From a virus (Duplodnaviria > Caudoviricetes), in IMG/VR virus record IMGVR_UViG_3300021356_000024, positions 1-52,672 of that record: a stretch of 52,672 nucleotides of DNA; one strand, 5' to 3'. The notes below the pieces were generated by a model. The model did not search any database. It saw nothing but the letters and a program-made list of their open reading frames with translations, and was not told where the DNA came from. The first letter of the stretch is position 1; every line of letters starts with the position of its first letter. The position numbers and the translations under genes were made by a program. Below are positions 27,299 through 35,151 of this stretch, one piece after another.

Positions 27299-28138
27299 AT
27301 GATAATTTTAGATTTGAACCAAGTAATGATTTCAAATCTGATGGCTTCCTTGAAGCACTCTGATTTGAATGAAAATTTATTAAGACATATGATACTAAAC
27401 TCTATTCGTTTGTATCGTAACAAGTTTTACTCAAAGTATGGCGAACTGGTGATTGCCTGTGACGATAAAGATTATTGGCGCAGAAAAATGTTCCCTTACT
27501 ACAAAAGTAACCGCAAGAAAATGCGTGAACAGTCTGATCTCGACTGGACGGAAATCTTCCGTGTACTCAACATGGTGCGTGATGAACTCAAAGAATTCTT
27601 CCCGTATCCCACCATTCAAATATCGTCCGCTGAGGCAGATGATATTATCGCTAGTATCTGTAAGAAATACGGCCGACAACTAGGCGGCGATCCTCTCCTG
27701 ATTCTATCAGGCGACAAAGACTTTCAACAACTTCAAAAGTACGCAAATGTAGATCAGTATGATCCTGTACGAAAGCGCTGGCTCAAGTGTAATGACCCAG
27801 CAGGTTTTCTCATGGAACATATTTTTCGTGGTGACACCAGTGACGGTGTGCCAAACATACTAAGCGCAGATGACACCTTTGTATCTAATGCTCGTCAACG
27901 TCCTTTAAGAGCGAAGAAAATGGATGAGATGATACGTCAAAGTATCGCAGATTGGCCAGAAGATTTGCAAAGAAACTACTACCGCAACAAGCAGATGATT
28001 GACCTTGACCTTGTACCAGAAGACATCTACGAAGAGGTGATGTCTCAGATGAACCAAGAGAAAGATCGATCAAAACTGTGGAACTATTTTATTAAGAAAA
28101 AGTTAAAAAACTTAACTGAATGCATATCGGAGTTTTAA
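27299..28138 (+). CDS. rnh: T4 RNase H (5'-3' exonuclease/flap endonuclease)
   Basis: LDLNQ, YWRR..FPYYK..R, EADDII, SGDKDFQQL, GDTSDGVPN. Confidence 0.95.
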   Translation: MIILDLNQVMISNLMASLKHSDLNENLLRHMILNSIRLYRNKFYSKYGELVIACDDKDYWRRKMFPYYKSNRKKMREQSDLDWTEIFRVLNMVRDELKEFFPYPTIQISSAEADDIIASICKKYGRQLGGDPLLILSGDKDFQQLQKYANVDQYDPVRKRWLKCNDPAGFLMEHIFRGDTSDGVPNILSADDTFVSNARQRPLRAKKMDEMIRQSIADWPEDLQRNYYRNKQMIDLDLVPEDIYEEVMSQMNQEKDRSKLWNYFIKKKLKNLTECISEF

Positions 28139-28139
28139 G

Positions 28140-28559
28140 ATGGGACTACCATTAGTAAGTGACATTCTAGAACAGGTCGAAAAGACCTCTTCAAGGAAAG
28201 AGAAAGTGAAAATTCTACAGTACCATGGTAAGAATCCGGTGTTGATCGAATTTTGCAAATATGTTTTCGATGACAACATTAAGTTTGATCTGCCTGAGGG
28301 TGATCCACCCTACGAGACAGATAAGTTTGTTGACGAAAACCAATCTGGTCTCTATCAACAGTTGAGGAAGTTTTATCTCTTTTTAGAAGGCGGCAATCCC
28401 AACCTGCGGCCTGTGCAGAGAGAAAGACTATTCATCGAACTGATAGAGTCTATTCATCCTAAAGAGGCCAAACTTGTACTTTCGGTGAAAGACAAAAAAT
28501 TCCCTTACAAGGGCATCACCAAGAAGTTGATTCAGGAGGCCTATCCCGGTCTAGTATAA
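28140..28559 (+). CDS. conserved T4-like protein (DUF6433-like)
   Basis: LPEGDPPY...RERLFIELIESIHPKEA. Confidence 0.75.
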   Translation: MGLPLVSDILEQVEKTSSRKEKVKILQYHGKNPVLIEFCKYVFDDNIKFDLPEGDPPYETDKFVDENQSGLYQQLRKFYLFLEGGNPNLRPVQRERLFIELIESIHPKEAKLVLSVKDKKFPYKGITKKLIQEAYPGLV

Positions 28560-28570
28560 AGGAGTATGAT

Positions 28571-28744
28571 GTGAGCAAGACAAACAAAGATAAAAACACT
28601 ATGTTTGATTTTGTAGATCCACTGAAGAAAAAGAAAAGAAGGAACCAGACACGTAAAGGTGAACAACGCTTCAATGAGAAGCGGTTGAATAACGCCATTC
28701 GCTCAAATAATATTGATGATTTGATGAACTGGCAGTCGTTTTGA
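28571..28744 (+). CDS. small basic hypothetical protein (not in ORF track)
   Basis: AAGGAG RBS; GTG start; 57 aa. Confidence 0.55.
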   Translation: MSKTNKDKNTMFDFVDPLKKKKRRNQTRKGEQRFNEKRLNNAIRSNNIDDLMNWQSF

Positions 28745-28770
28745 AAAACTAGGAAAACTAAATACTAACA

Positions 28771-29004
28771 ATGCCTACCTACACTTTCCTCAATAGTGAT
28801 ACGGGAGAGGAATTCGATATTGTTCTCCGTATCGCAGAGTTAGATGATTACAAACGTGATCATCCACAACTATCTCTCGTACACCGATCCGCGCCACGTA
28901 TACACCGAGATTCTGGTAAACAAAAACCAGATGAAGGGTTTCGTGACGTTCTTAAATCCATCAAAAAAGCTTCAGGGAGGGGTAACCACATAAACACCTT
29001 TTGA
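28771..29004 (+). CDS. FmdB-like small protein
   Basis: MPTYTF...TGEEF...GFRDVLKSI; CTAAATA upstream. Confidence 0.7.
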   Translation: MPTYTFLNSDTGEEFDIVLRIAELDDYKRDHPQLSLVHRSAPRIHRDSGKQKPDEGFRDVLKSIKKASGRGNHINTF

Positions 29005-29063
29005 TATGTTGGCGAGTAAGTTTAGTACTCAAAACCTAAAACAACAAAAACAAGGGTTCACAT

Positions 29064-29834
29064 ATGGCACTTTCAAAGAAACAGAGGAGATCGTTAAGAA
29101 GGCAGGGTATACTTGACGAGCGAGACTCCGTTCCACAGAGAGGTATGAAATTAAGTGAAATAAGTCCTAAGACTACCAATCAGCAACTAACGTTTGAAGC
29201 ATACGATGCTGACAAACACATCCTTCTACACGGTTCACCCGGGACCGGCAAAACATTTCTCAGTTTATATCTTGCACTGTTTGATCTATTCGAATACGAC
29301 CACAACACAAGAGACAAAATTGTAGTCATTCGATCCGCAACACCATCGAAAGAAATAGGTTTCTTACCTGGAAAAGAATCCGAAAAGATGGCCAACTACG
29401 AAGCACCCTATAAAGATATTGCTGCTGAACTGTTTAACAGAGGAGACGCTTACGATATTCTGAAGACTAAGAACCTGATAGAATTTCAATCAACATCCTT
29501 CCTTAGAGGACAGACACTTGATAACGCTATCATAATTTTAGACGAAGCACAGAACCTAACTTACATGGAACTAAAGACTGTGCTGACCAGAGTAGGAGAC
29601 AATTCAAAGATTATTATATGTGGCGACTTGTACCAAGACGATTTAACAAGCGCTAGATATAACCAAGAGTCCGGTTTATCCCGCATCATGAAAATATTTG
29701 ACCGTATGGATTGCATGGAGAGGATAGAATTCGGAATAGACGATATTGTACGAAGTGGATTTGTTCGTGAGTTTATCATTGCCGAACACGAACTTGGTAC
29801 ATATAATCCTAGGGAGATGCTAAGAGCAGTATAA
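29064..29834 (+). CDS. phoH: PhoH-family ATPase
   Basis: GSPGTGKT, IGFLPG, SFLRGQT, LDEAQN, TRVG, GD..Q.D, DIVRS. Confidence 0.95.
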   Translation: MALSKKQRRSLRRQGILDERDSVPQRGMKLSEISPKTTNQQLTFEAYDADKHILLHGSPGTGKTFLSLYLALFDLFEYDHNTRDKIVVIRSATPSKEIGFLPGKESEKMANYEAPYKDIAAELFNRGDAYDILKTKNLIEFQSTSFLRGQTLDNAIIILDEAQNLTYMELKTVLTRVGDNSKIIICGDLYQDDLTSARYNQESGLSRIMKIFDRMDCMERIEFGIDDIVRSGFVREFIIAEHELGTYNPREMLRAV

Positions 29835-29840
29835 AATGAA

Positions 29841-30515
29841 ATGAATGAAAAATTTAGTTATGAGTTACTTGATGAGAAGAAACTCACACGTGTAAATGAG
29901 AATGGGAAAAGACTGTATGTGACCGAAGACGGAAACAAATATCCCTCGGTCACTACAGTCTTATCTTATTTGAGTAAAAAAGGTATCGCTAAGTGGCGTG
30001 CAAGAGTTGGTAATGAAGAAGCAAACCGAATCTCTACACAGGCCGCAAGGGCCGGCACTGCCATGCACCAAGTGGCAGAAGATTATGTGTTAGGTGTGAA
30101 AAGAGACAAAGAACCTAATCCACTGGCAGTCGCCGCATTCAACCAAGTCAAACCTCTTTTAGATCAAAACGTTTCGACCATTTATGGTGTCGAATTACAA
30201 ATGCACTCAGACGAACTCAGAGTTGCTGGTACTGCTGATCTGATTTGTAAGTACAATGGCAGAAACACGGTACTTGACTTCAAGACCTCTCGCAGACCGA
30301 AGACATACGATCATATCACCAATTACCTCATACAGGCCGCCACGTATGCAATCATGGTTGAAGAAAGATATGGTTTAGAAATAGACCAGTACGCCATTCT
30401 TATGGCAGTCGGTGATGGATCAACGCTTGACTTTGTTGGTGATATAGAATACCATAAACAGATGGCGAGACAGTTTTTCAATTTATATAATAAAGGTATG
30501 TTAAAAGATGTATGA
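29841..30515 (+). CDS. PD-(D/E)xK exonuclease
   Basis: YPSVTTVL, GTAMH, AGTADLI, LDFKTS, Q...YA. Confidence 0.9.
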   Translation: MNEKFSYELLDEKKLTRVNENGKRLYVTEDGNKYPSVTTVLSYLSKKGIAKWRARVGNEEANRISTQAARAGTAMHQVAEDYVLGVKRDKEPNPLAVAAFNQVKPLLDQNVSTIYGVELQMHSDELRVAGTADLICKYNGRNTVLDFKTSRRPKTYDHITNYLIQAATYAIMVEERYGLEIDQYAILMAVGDGSTLDFVGDIEYHKQMARQFFNLYNKGMLKDV

Positions 30516-30882
30516 ATATAATGCCAAGGTAATTAAATGGGTAGACGGTGATACCGTCGATGTTGATATTGATTTAGGATTCGGTATCATTTATGCCAAT
30601 CAACGTATTCGGTTGCATGGTATCAATGCGCCTGAGACTCGCACCAGAGACCTTGCCGAAAAAGAGAAAGGTTTGATTGCAAAAGAGTACGTTAATCGAA
30701 TGGCTCCCGTAGGATCAGAAATTATACTCAAGACACACCTTGATAAGAAAGGAAAGTTTGGTCGTATTCTGGGCGAAGTGTTGATTCACCAAGAAAGACC
30801 CGGCGTACCAGATACGTATCTGAATCTCAACAGTCATATGTTACAAGAAGGAATTGTACGTGTTTATGGAGCAAAAGCATGA
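30508..30882 (+). CDS. thermonuclease (SNase-like)
   Basis: VDGDTVD, RIRLHGINAPE, GKFGRILG. Confidence 0.9.
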   Translation: MYEYNAKVIKWVDGDTVDVDIDLGFGIIYANQRIRLHGINAPETRTRDLAEKEKGLIAKEYVNRMAPVGSEIILKTHLDKKGKFGRILGEVLIHQERPGVPDTYLNLNSHMLQEGIVRVYGAKA

Positions 30883-31601
30883 AGATGAGCGGACCAAAAG
30901 TAAACGTTGTTAGTTACTCGCAACCAGATGACTGGTTTGCATCCCGTAATTTTGTTGAGGGTGGAATTCCCAGTGATACTGATCTAGTAGACTTGGTGGC
31001 ATTTTGCGCCAGAGTTAGTAATCCTACTAACCAGAGCAACACAAAGACCAATGAGAAGTTGCTCAAGTATTTGATCAAACACAAACACTGGTCTCCCTTT
31101 GAAATGGTATCAGCCTGTTTAGAGATCGACACCACACGTGACATTGCTCGACAGATTCTACGACATCGATCTTTTTCTTTTCAAGAATTTTCTCAACGAT
31201 ATGCAAATCCCGAGGACATGGGTGACATGTTCGAATTGCGAGAAGCACGGTTGCAGGACGAAAAGAATCGACAGAACTCTATTGAGACCGATGATGCAGA
31301 CCTAAAAGTTGATTGGCTATATCAACAAGCAAAAGTGATTCAACAGGCCAAGGAATCGTATGCATGGGCACTAGAACATGGTATTGCAAAAGAACAGGCA
31401 CGTGCTGTGTTACCCGAAGGACTGACACGATCCCGCATGTATGTGAACGGCACACTGCGTAGTTGGATTCATTATATCGAATTACGTGCTGCGAACGGTA
31501 CACAGAAAGAACACATTGAGATTGCGAAGGCCTGCGCTAAAGTTATCTCTGAAATCTTTCCACTAATAAAACTTGACGGTGATGTAGTTGGCTTCCTCTA
31601 A
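30879..31601 (+). CDS. thyX: flavin-dependent thymidylate synthase
   Basis: HWSPFE, QILRHRSFSFQEFSQRY, EQARAVLP, TQKEH. Confidence 0.97.
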   Translation: MKMSGPKVNVVSYSQPDDWFASRNFVEGGIPSDTDLVDLVAFCARVSNPTNQSNTKTNEKLLKYLIKHKHWSPFEMVSACLEIDTTRDIARQILRHRSFSFQEFSQRYANPEDMGDMFELREARLQDEKNRQNSIETDDADLKVDWLYQQAKVIQQAKESYAWALEHGIAKEQARAVLPEGLTRSRMYVNGTLRSWIHYIELRAANGTQKEHIEIAKACAKVISEIFPLIKLDGDVVGFL

Positions 31602-31953
31602 TATCAAAAGACGATACGACCACTGGTTACCTAAACTTTTGAAAGTACATGGCATTGTACTTTACCCATACATGTTTTTTGCCTTGACAAAAGACCAGAT
31701 GATGAGTTATCCTAAGAGATCATGGTCACCAAATTATTCTGAAAAACTTTATCGACATGAGTGGATTCATGTAGAACAGGTTCGACGAATGGGTTGGTTT
31801 AAATTTTATGCAACTTACCTGTTTAGAATGATCGGCAAAAATAGGTTCACGCACCCATATGAAAAAGAAGCATATGGTCGGCAGAAAGATCCTTGGACTG
31901 ACGAGATTCGACAGGCATGGAAGGAAGATTTTGATGACGAAGTTAATTGGTAA
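31588..31953 (+). CDS. HExxH metallopeptidase-like protein
   Basis: YRHEWIHVEQ...PYEKEAY. Confidence 0.7.
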   Translation: MASSNIKRRYDHWLPKLLKVHGIVLYPYMFFALTKDQMMSYPKRSWSPNYSEKLYRHEWIHVEQVRRMGWFKFYATYLFRMIGKNRFTHPYEKEAYGRQKDPWTDEIRQAWKEDFDDEVNW

Positions 31954-32350
31954 GGTAATCGATCACGCCGAAAGTTTCTTACTACTATTCATTGTTGCCG
32001 GCACCGTATGGGCGGCCGGTTTCGATATCATTCACATGTTCGGCAGTCAAGGCAAAATGGCCTTGGGTGACTTGTTTATGTTGTTCATATATGCCGAGAT
32101 TCTAGGAATGGTCGGTGCGTTTTACAAAAGTCACCGAATCCCTGTCACACTACCCATCATCATTGCAATCACTGCTTTGACCAGAATGATACTACTGCAA
32201 ACAAAAGGCGAACAGTCGCTTGATATCTTGTTTGAGGCTGGTGGTATCTTCATTCTCGCGGTCTCCGCGTACATACTCAGTTACAAGGACAAACTGTCAC
32301 TTGAAAAAGAGTCTCTCCGTAAAAATGTTAAGGAAATCAAGAAGTTATAA
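31934..32350 (+). CDS. psiE: phosphate-starvation-inducible PsiE-family membrane protein
   Basis: four TM segments; DLFMLFIYAEILGMV..FYKSHRIPVTLPIIIAITALTR. Confidence 0.85.
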   Translation: MTKLIGKVIDHAESFLLLFIVAGTVWAAGFDIIHMFGSQGKMALGDLFMLFIYAEILGMVGAFYKSHRIPVTLPIIIAITALTRMILLQTKGEQSLDILFEAGGIFILAVSAYILSYKDKLSLEKESLRKNVKEIKKL

Positions 32351-32365
32351 GCTATTGATTTCCTT
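32330..32365. promoter_or_regulatory. inverted repeat carrying two opposed IHF-consensus sites
   Basis: AAGGAAATCAA...TTGATTTCCTT; AATCAA-GAAG-TTA on + and AATCAA-TAGC-TTA on -. Confidence 0.55.
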
Positions 32366-32436
32366 GCTTATTCTAAAAAGTTATTTACTTATAAAAAAAT
32401 AATCTAAAAAACCATGAAAAAAGCGCTGTTTTGGGC

Positions 32437-32464
32437 TTGTGCTGGTCCATGGTTCCTGTATAAT
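32437..32464 (+). promoter_or_regulatory. sigma70-type early promoter
   Basis: TTGTGC, 16 bp spacer, TATAAT; A-tracts upstream; downstream sequence resembles the promoter at 71-99. Confidence 0.6.
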
Positions 32465-32500
32465 TACTCCGTAATCTGATGAATAGAGAGAGTAATTGAT

Positions 32501-32782
32501 ATGGCACGAATTATTTACCAAGATTCTTTTGACCGCGATGGTCTTGAAAACGAAATCGACTTCAACCAAGCACTGCGAATCATCAAAGGTTTCATGGGAA
32601 CCGACGATACTCTTGATGCTCTCAAAGGTTTTGAGAAGCGTTACGAGAAAGCAGAAAACGAATTGATGAATGGTGAAAGTATTTACGACGACCTCGATTA
32701 TGAGTGGCGATATGAGATATTCTCTTACAATCTTCTGATCGAAGGTTTCTCTAAATTGTTTGCGCCTAAGGAAGCCGCGTAA
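32501..32782 (+). CDS. hypothetical early protein
   Basis: GAGAG RBS after the promoter. Confidence 0.7.
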   Translation: MARIIYQDSFDRDGLENEIDFNQALRIIKGFMGTDDTLDALKGFEKRYEKAENELMNGESIYDDLDYEWRYEIFSYNLLIEGFSKLFAPKEAA

Positions 32783-32958
32783 TGATTGAATCTGTTGAAC
32801 AGTTTTTGGCGAGAGGCGGCAAGATTGATGTCTTGCCTCCTCAAAAGGAGAAGAAATCGTTGAGCATGTCTCGCAAGATGGGTTTCAACGAATCACAGTA
32901 TAATGTTGGTCGTAAGAAAGTTTTGGCACGCCAACTTGCAAATAGGAAAGCAGCATGA
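32782..32958 (+). CDS. small protein with SutA-like RNAP-binding motif, 58 aa (not in ORF track)
   Basis: MIESVEQFLARGGKIDVLPP resembles the SutA EEFLSRGGKVQEI motif. Confidence 0.6.
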   Translation: MIESVEQFLARGGKIDVLPPQKEKKSLSMSRKMGFNESQYNVGRKKVLARQLANRKAA

Positions 32959-33131
32959 GTGAAGTAGCATGGTACGCGGTCGGTTCGACCGGCGAAAAGG
33001 TTTTAGATGTGGTCGAATCTGCCATTGATGGCATGATCACCGACCAACAGTTTATCAATAAGTTGTATGCGCTCGGTCTAAATGATCAGGAGATCATGAC
33101 CGTTTTTTCTGAGAACGTTTTAGGAGTTTAA
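32955..33131 (+). CDS. hypothetical protein, 58 aa (not in ORF track)
   Basis: AGGA RBS; ATGA overlap. Confidence 0.6.
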   Translation: MSEVAWYAVGSTGEKVLDVVESAIDGMITDQQFINKLYALGLNDQEIMTVFSENVLGV

Positions 33132-33132
33132 C

Positions 33133-33372
33133 ATGGGTTGGAATCTTGAGGGTTTACGTGTTGTAGCTGGTTACCTTGACGGTGCCGTAACCGTTACAGG
33201 TCTTGTTACGCACAGCCGCGTCAAGTATGGCGGCGGTGTATCTCACCACGTCCAGTTGGACGAAGGTTTTGCGTGGCGCAATGATGCCGGCAAAGTAGTT
33301 GTCAGCCGTCCCGCCGGTGATACCGTCATCGTCGGTCATGCGAATGTGACCCGCGTTATGGAGGCCGCGTAG
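33133..33372 (+). CDS. hypothetical protein
   Basis: AGGAG RBS; WNLEG...SRVKYGG.VSH. Confidence 0.7.
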   Translation: MGWNLEGLRVVAGYLDGAVTVTGLVTHSRVKYGGGVSHHVQLDEGFAWRNDAGKVVVSRPAGDTVIVGHANVTRVMEAA

Positions 33373-33509
33373 TGATGGTTTTACCTGTTTTGTTATTGAC
33401 TGCGTGGTTTGTCTACGTAGAAGTTGAGATGCCTAACCGCACCAACGAATGTCCTTACAATGAGTATGCTTGTGAGACCGAGGAGGCCGAGAATGGTGAC
33501 GCCAGCTGA
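33372..33509 (+). CDS. small membrane-anchored protein (not in ORF track)
   Basis: GGAGG RBS; hydrophobic N-terminus. Confidence 0.45.
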   Translation: MMVLPVLLLTAWFVYVEVEMPNRTNECPYNEYACETEEAENGDAS

Positions 33510-33699
33510 TCTGATTCAACAGATCGAAGACCGCATTTACAATTTGCGTAAAGAGTCTGAGACGATTCTGCGAGAGAGTCCGACTACGTTCAATGTCGCC
33601 TACCTTGAAGGCGTCGAAGAGTTAGCGAACTCAATTGAAGCTGCCATCTATGAGTATGGCGAAATGATATCTGCACAAAATGATGAGGCAATGAATTGA
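33493..33699 (+). CDS. hypothetical protein
   Basis: AGGAGG RBS before ATG 33493. Confidence 0.65.
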   Translation: MVTPADLIQQIEDRIYNLRKESETILRESPTTFNVAYLEGVEELANSIEAAIYEYGEMISAQNDEAMN

Positions 33700-34301
33700 T
33701 GTTAGATTGGTCTGATGAAGAAAGAGACGCTTACAAAGCTTATGAGAGAAAGAAAGAACTATTCTATAGGCGTGGTGGTCGTAATTCTTCACGTGATTCA
33801 GAGCGCAGTAAAACCTATCGTTCAGAGTGGGCGTTTCAATCTAAGATGGGAAGCGGTAAAGAATTTAAAACCATCAAAGAAGCGCAAAAGTATGCCGATA
33901 AAGTAACCAAGTCTGTGACTTGGGGAAAGGTGACTCGCAAGAACGGCGGCGTTGGAGTCAATAAGACTCGCCTTGAATATGCCGCCTCTCGCCGCAACGG
34001 CACCACGGCAGGTTATGCCTTTATTGGTGGTCGAATCAAACTGTACAGTAGTGGCATGAATGAATACACGCTGTTGCACGAACTGGCACACCAAGCAGGT
34101 TACATGCACCACGGTCAAGGATTCCGTCAGTGTTTGGTCAAGTTAGTATCACGATTTATGGGTCGAGATGCCGCTAAGGCACTCAAGGCAGAATTCAAAG
34201 AACGCAAGTTGAGGATGACTGTGCCTAAGATCAAAGAGCCTGAGGTGTGGTTGAAATCTTATCGACGAATGAAAGAGTTGCGAGCAAGAAAAAACTCTTG
34301 A
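33696..34301 (+). CDS. HExxH metallohydrolase (SprT/Rv0185-like)
   Basis: RDSERSKTYRSE...TLLHELAH....HHGQGF. Confidence 0.75.
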   Translation: MMLDWSDEERDAYKAYERKKELFYRRGGRNSSRDSERSKTYRSEWAFQSKMGSGKEFKTIKEAQKYADKVTKSVTWGKVTRKNGGVGVNKTRLEYAASRRNGTTAGYAFIGGRIKLYSSGMNEYTLLHELAHQAGYMHHGQGFRQCLVKLVSRFMGRDAAKALKAEFKERKLRMTVPKIKEPEVWLKSYRRMKELRARKNS

Positions 34302-34326
34302 CAGAAATTACTGGAGATAGTAAAGT
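34298..34326 (+). promoter_or_regulatory. sigma70-type promoter
   Basis: A-tract, TTGACA, 17 bp spacer, TAAAGT. Confidence 0.5.
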
Positions 34327-34521
34327 ATGAAGAAGAGTGACGCAAATCGTTTTGGTCCGAAAAAGATCAAAGTTGGTGATGCGATTAAATTTACCTATCA
34401 CGGTGATCCTTTTGAAGGCACCGTGGTTCAAAAACTGGCGGCACAGATGATTGTGGATGTAGATGATGTGCCTCAGTTTTTCCTTTATTCTAATCAACGT
34501 CAGATGGAGAAGTTGAAATGA
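34327..34521 (+). CDS. small SH3/KOW-like hypothetical protein
   Basis: IKVGDAIKF...EGTVVQK. Confidence 0.6.
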   Translation: MKKSDANRFGPKKIKVGDAIKFTYHGDPFEGTVVQKLAAQMIVDVDDVPQFFLYSNQRQMEKLK

Positions 34522-34685
34522 AAAAGAAAAACGTGCAAGCACGCCGTGCTGTTGCCTTGGCTAACCTAAAGAGCGCCAAGTTTTTCCCGAAGACAATGCG
34601 AGACGGCAAAGAACGTTCGCAAGAGAAGTGGGAGGAGAAGCGACAGCTTCAAATTGAAATTCTTGAGAAGAGGTTGGCGTTATGA
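34518..34685 (+). CDS. small basic hypothetical protein (not in ORF track)
   Basis: GGAG RBS; ATGA overlaps at both ends; 55 aa. Confidence 0.6.
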   Translation: MKKKNVQARRAVALANLKSAKFFPKTMRDGKERSQEKWEEKRQLQIEILEKRLAL

Positions 34686-35122
34686 GAGTCGAAGTAACCA
34701 ACCGTCACAAAAAGAGTTTCGAAGAAATCGAAATGTTTCGAAACAGTGAGACCGGCTGGATCTGTACAATCACCAGCGGTTGGCGCCGAGGCACGGTTCG
34801 ATTTGACATTGAGTCCATGGATGACCTAAATATTGACGAAGAGTGTGGTCCAGATTCAGCAGATTATGAACTTGATGCAACCGCGTTTGAAGAGTTTGAA
34901 TTTATCGATTCATACGATGGTTGTTGGACTGATATCAGTGTATATCATCCTACTCTAAAAGAAGAGGAAGAGGATGACATGCAAGAGAAAGTCGAAGAAG
35001 CATGGGATGAAGACGGTTTCATGGGCCTTGAAGAGTTGGGATTTGTCAGCGAACAATACGAGGCGATGTTTTATGGTCCCGTTGATGTCGAAGAAATCCT
35101 TGATAGGGACAAGTATCTCTAA
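34682..35122 (+). CDS. acidic hypothetical protein
   Basis: GAGG RBS; GWRRG motif; D/E-rich. Confidence 0.7.
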   Translation: MRVEVTNRHKKSFEEIEMFRNSETGWICTITSGWRRGTVRFDIESMDDLNIDEECGPDSADYELDATAFEEFEFIDSYDGCWTDISVYHPTLKEEEEDDMQEKVEEAWDEDGFMGLEELGFVSEQYEAMFYGPVDVEEILDRDKYL

Positions 35123-35151
35123 GGAGAAACTATGAAGCAGACCAAGGAAAG

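Noticed and set aside
29841-30515. Cas4 of a CRISPR system
   Set aside because: Lacks the Fe-S cysteines and any cas or array context; a common T4-like exonuclease
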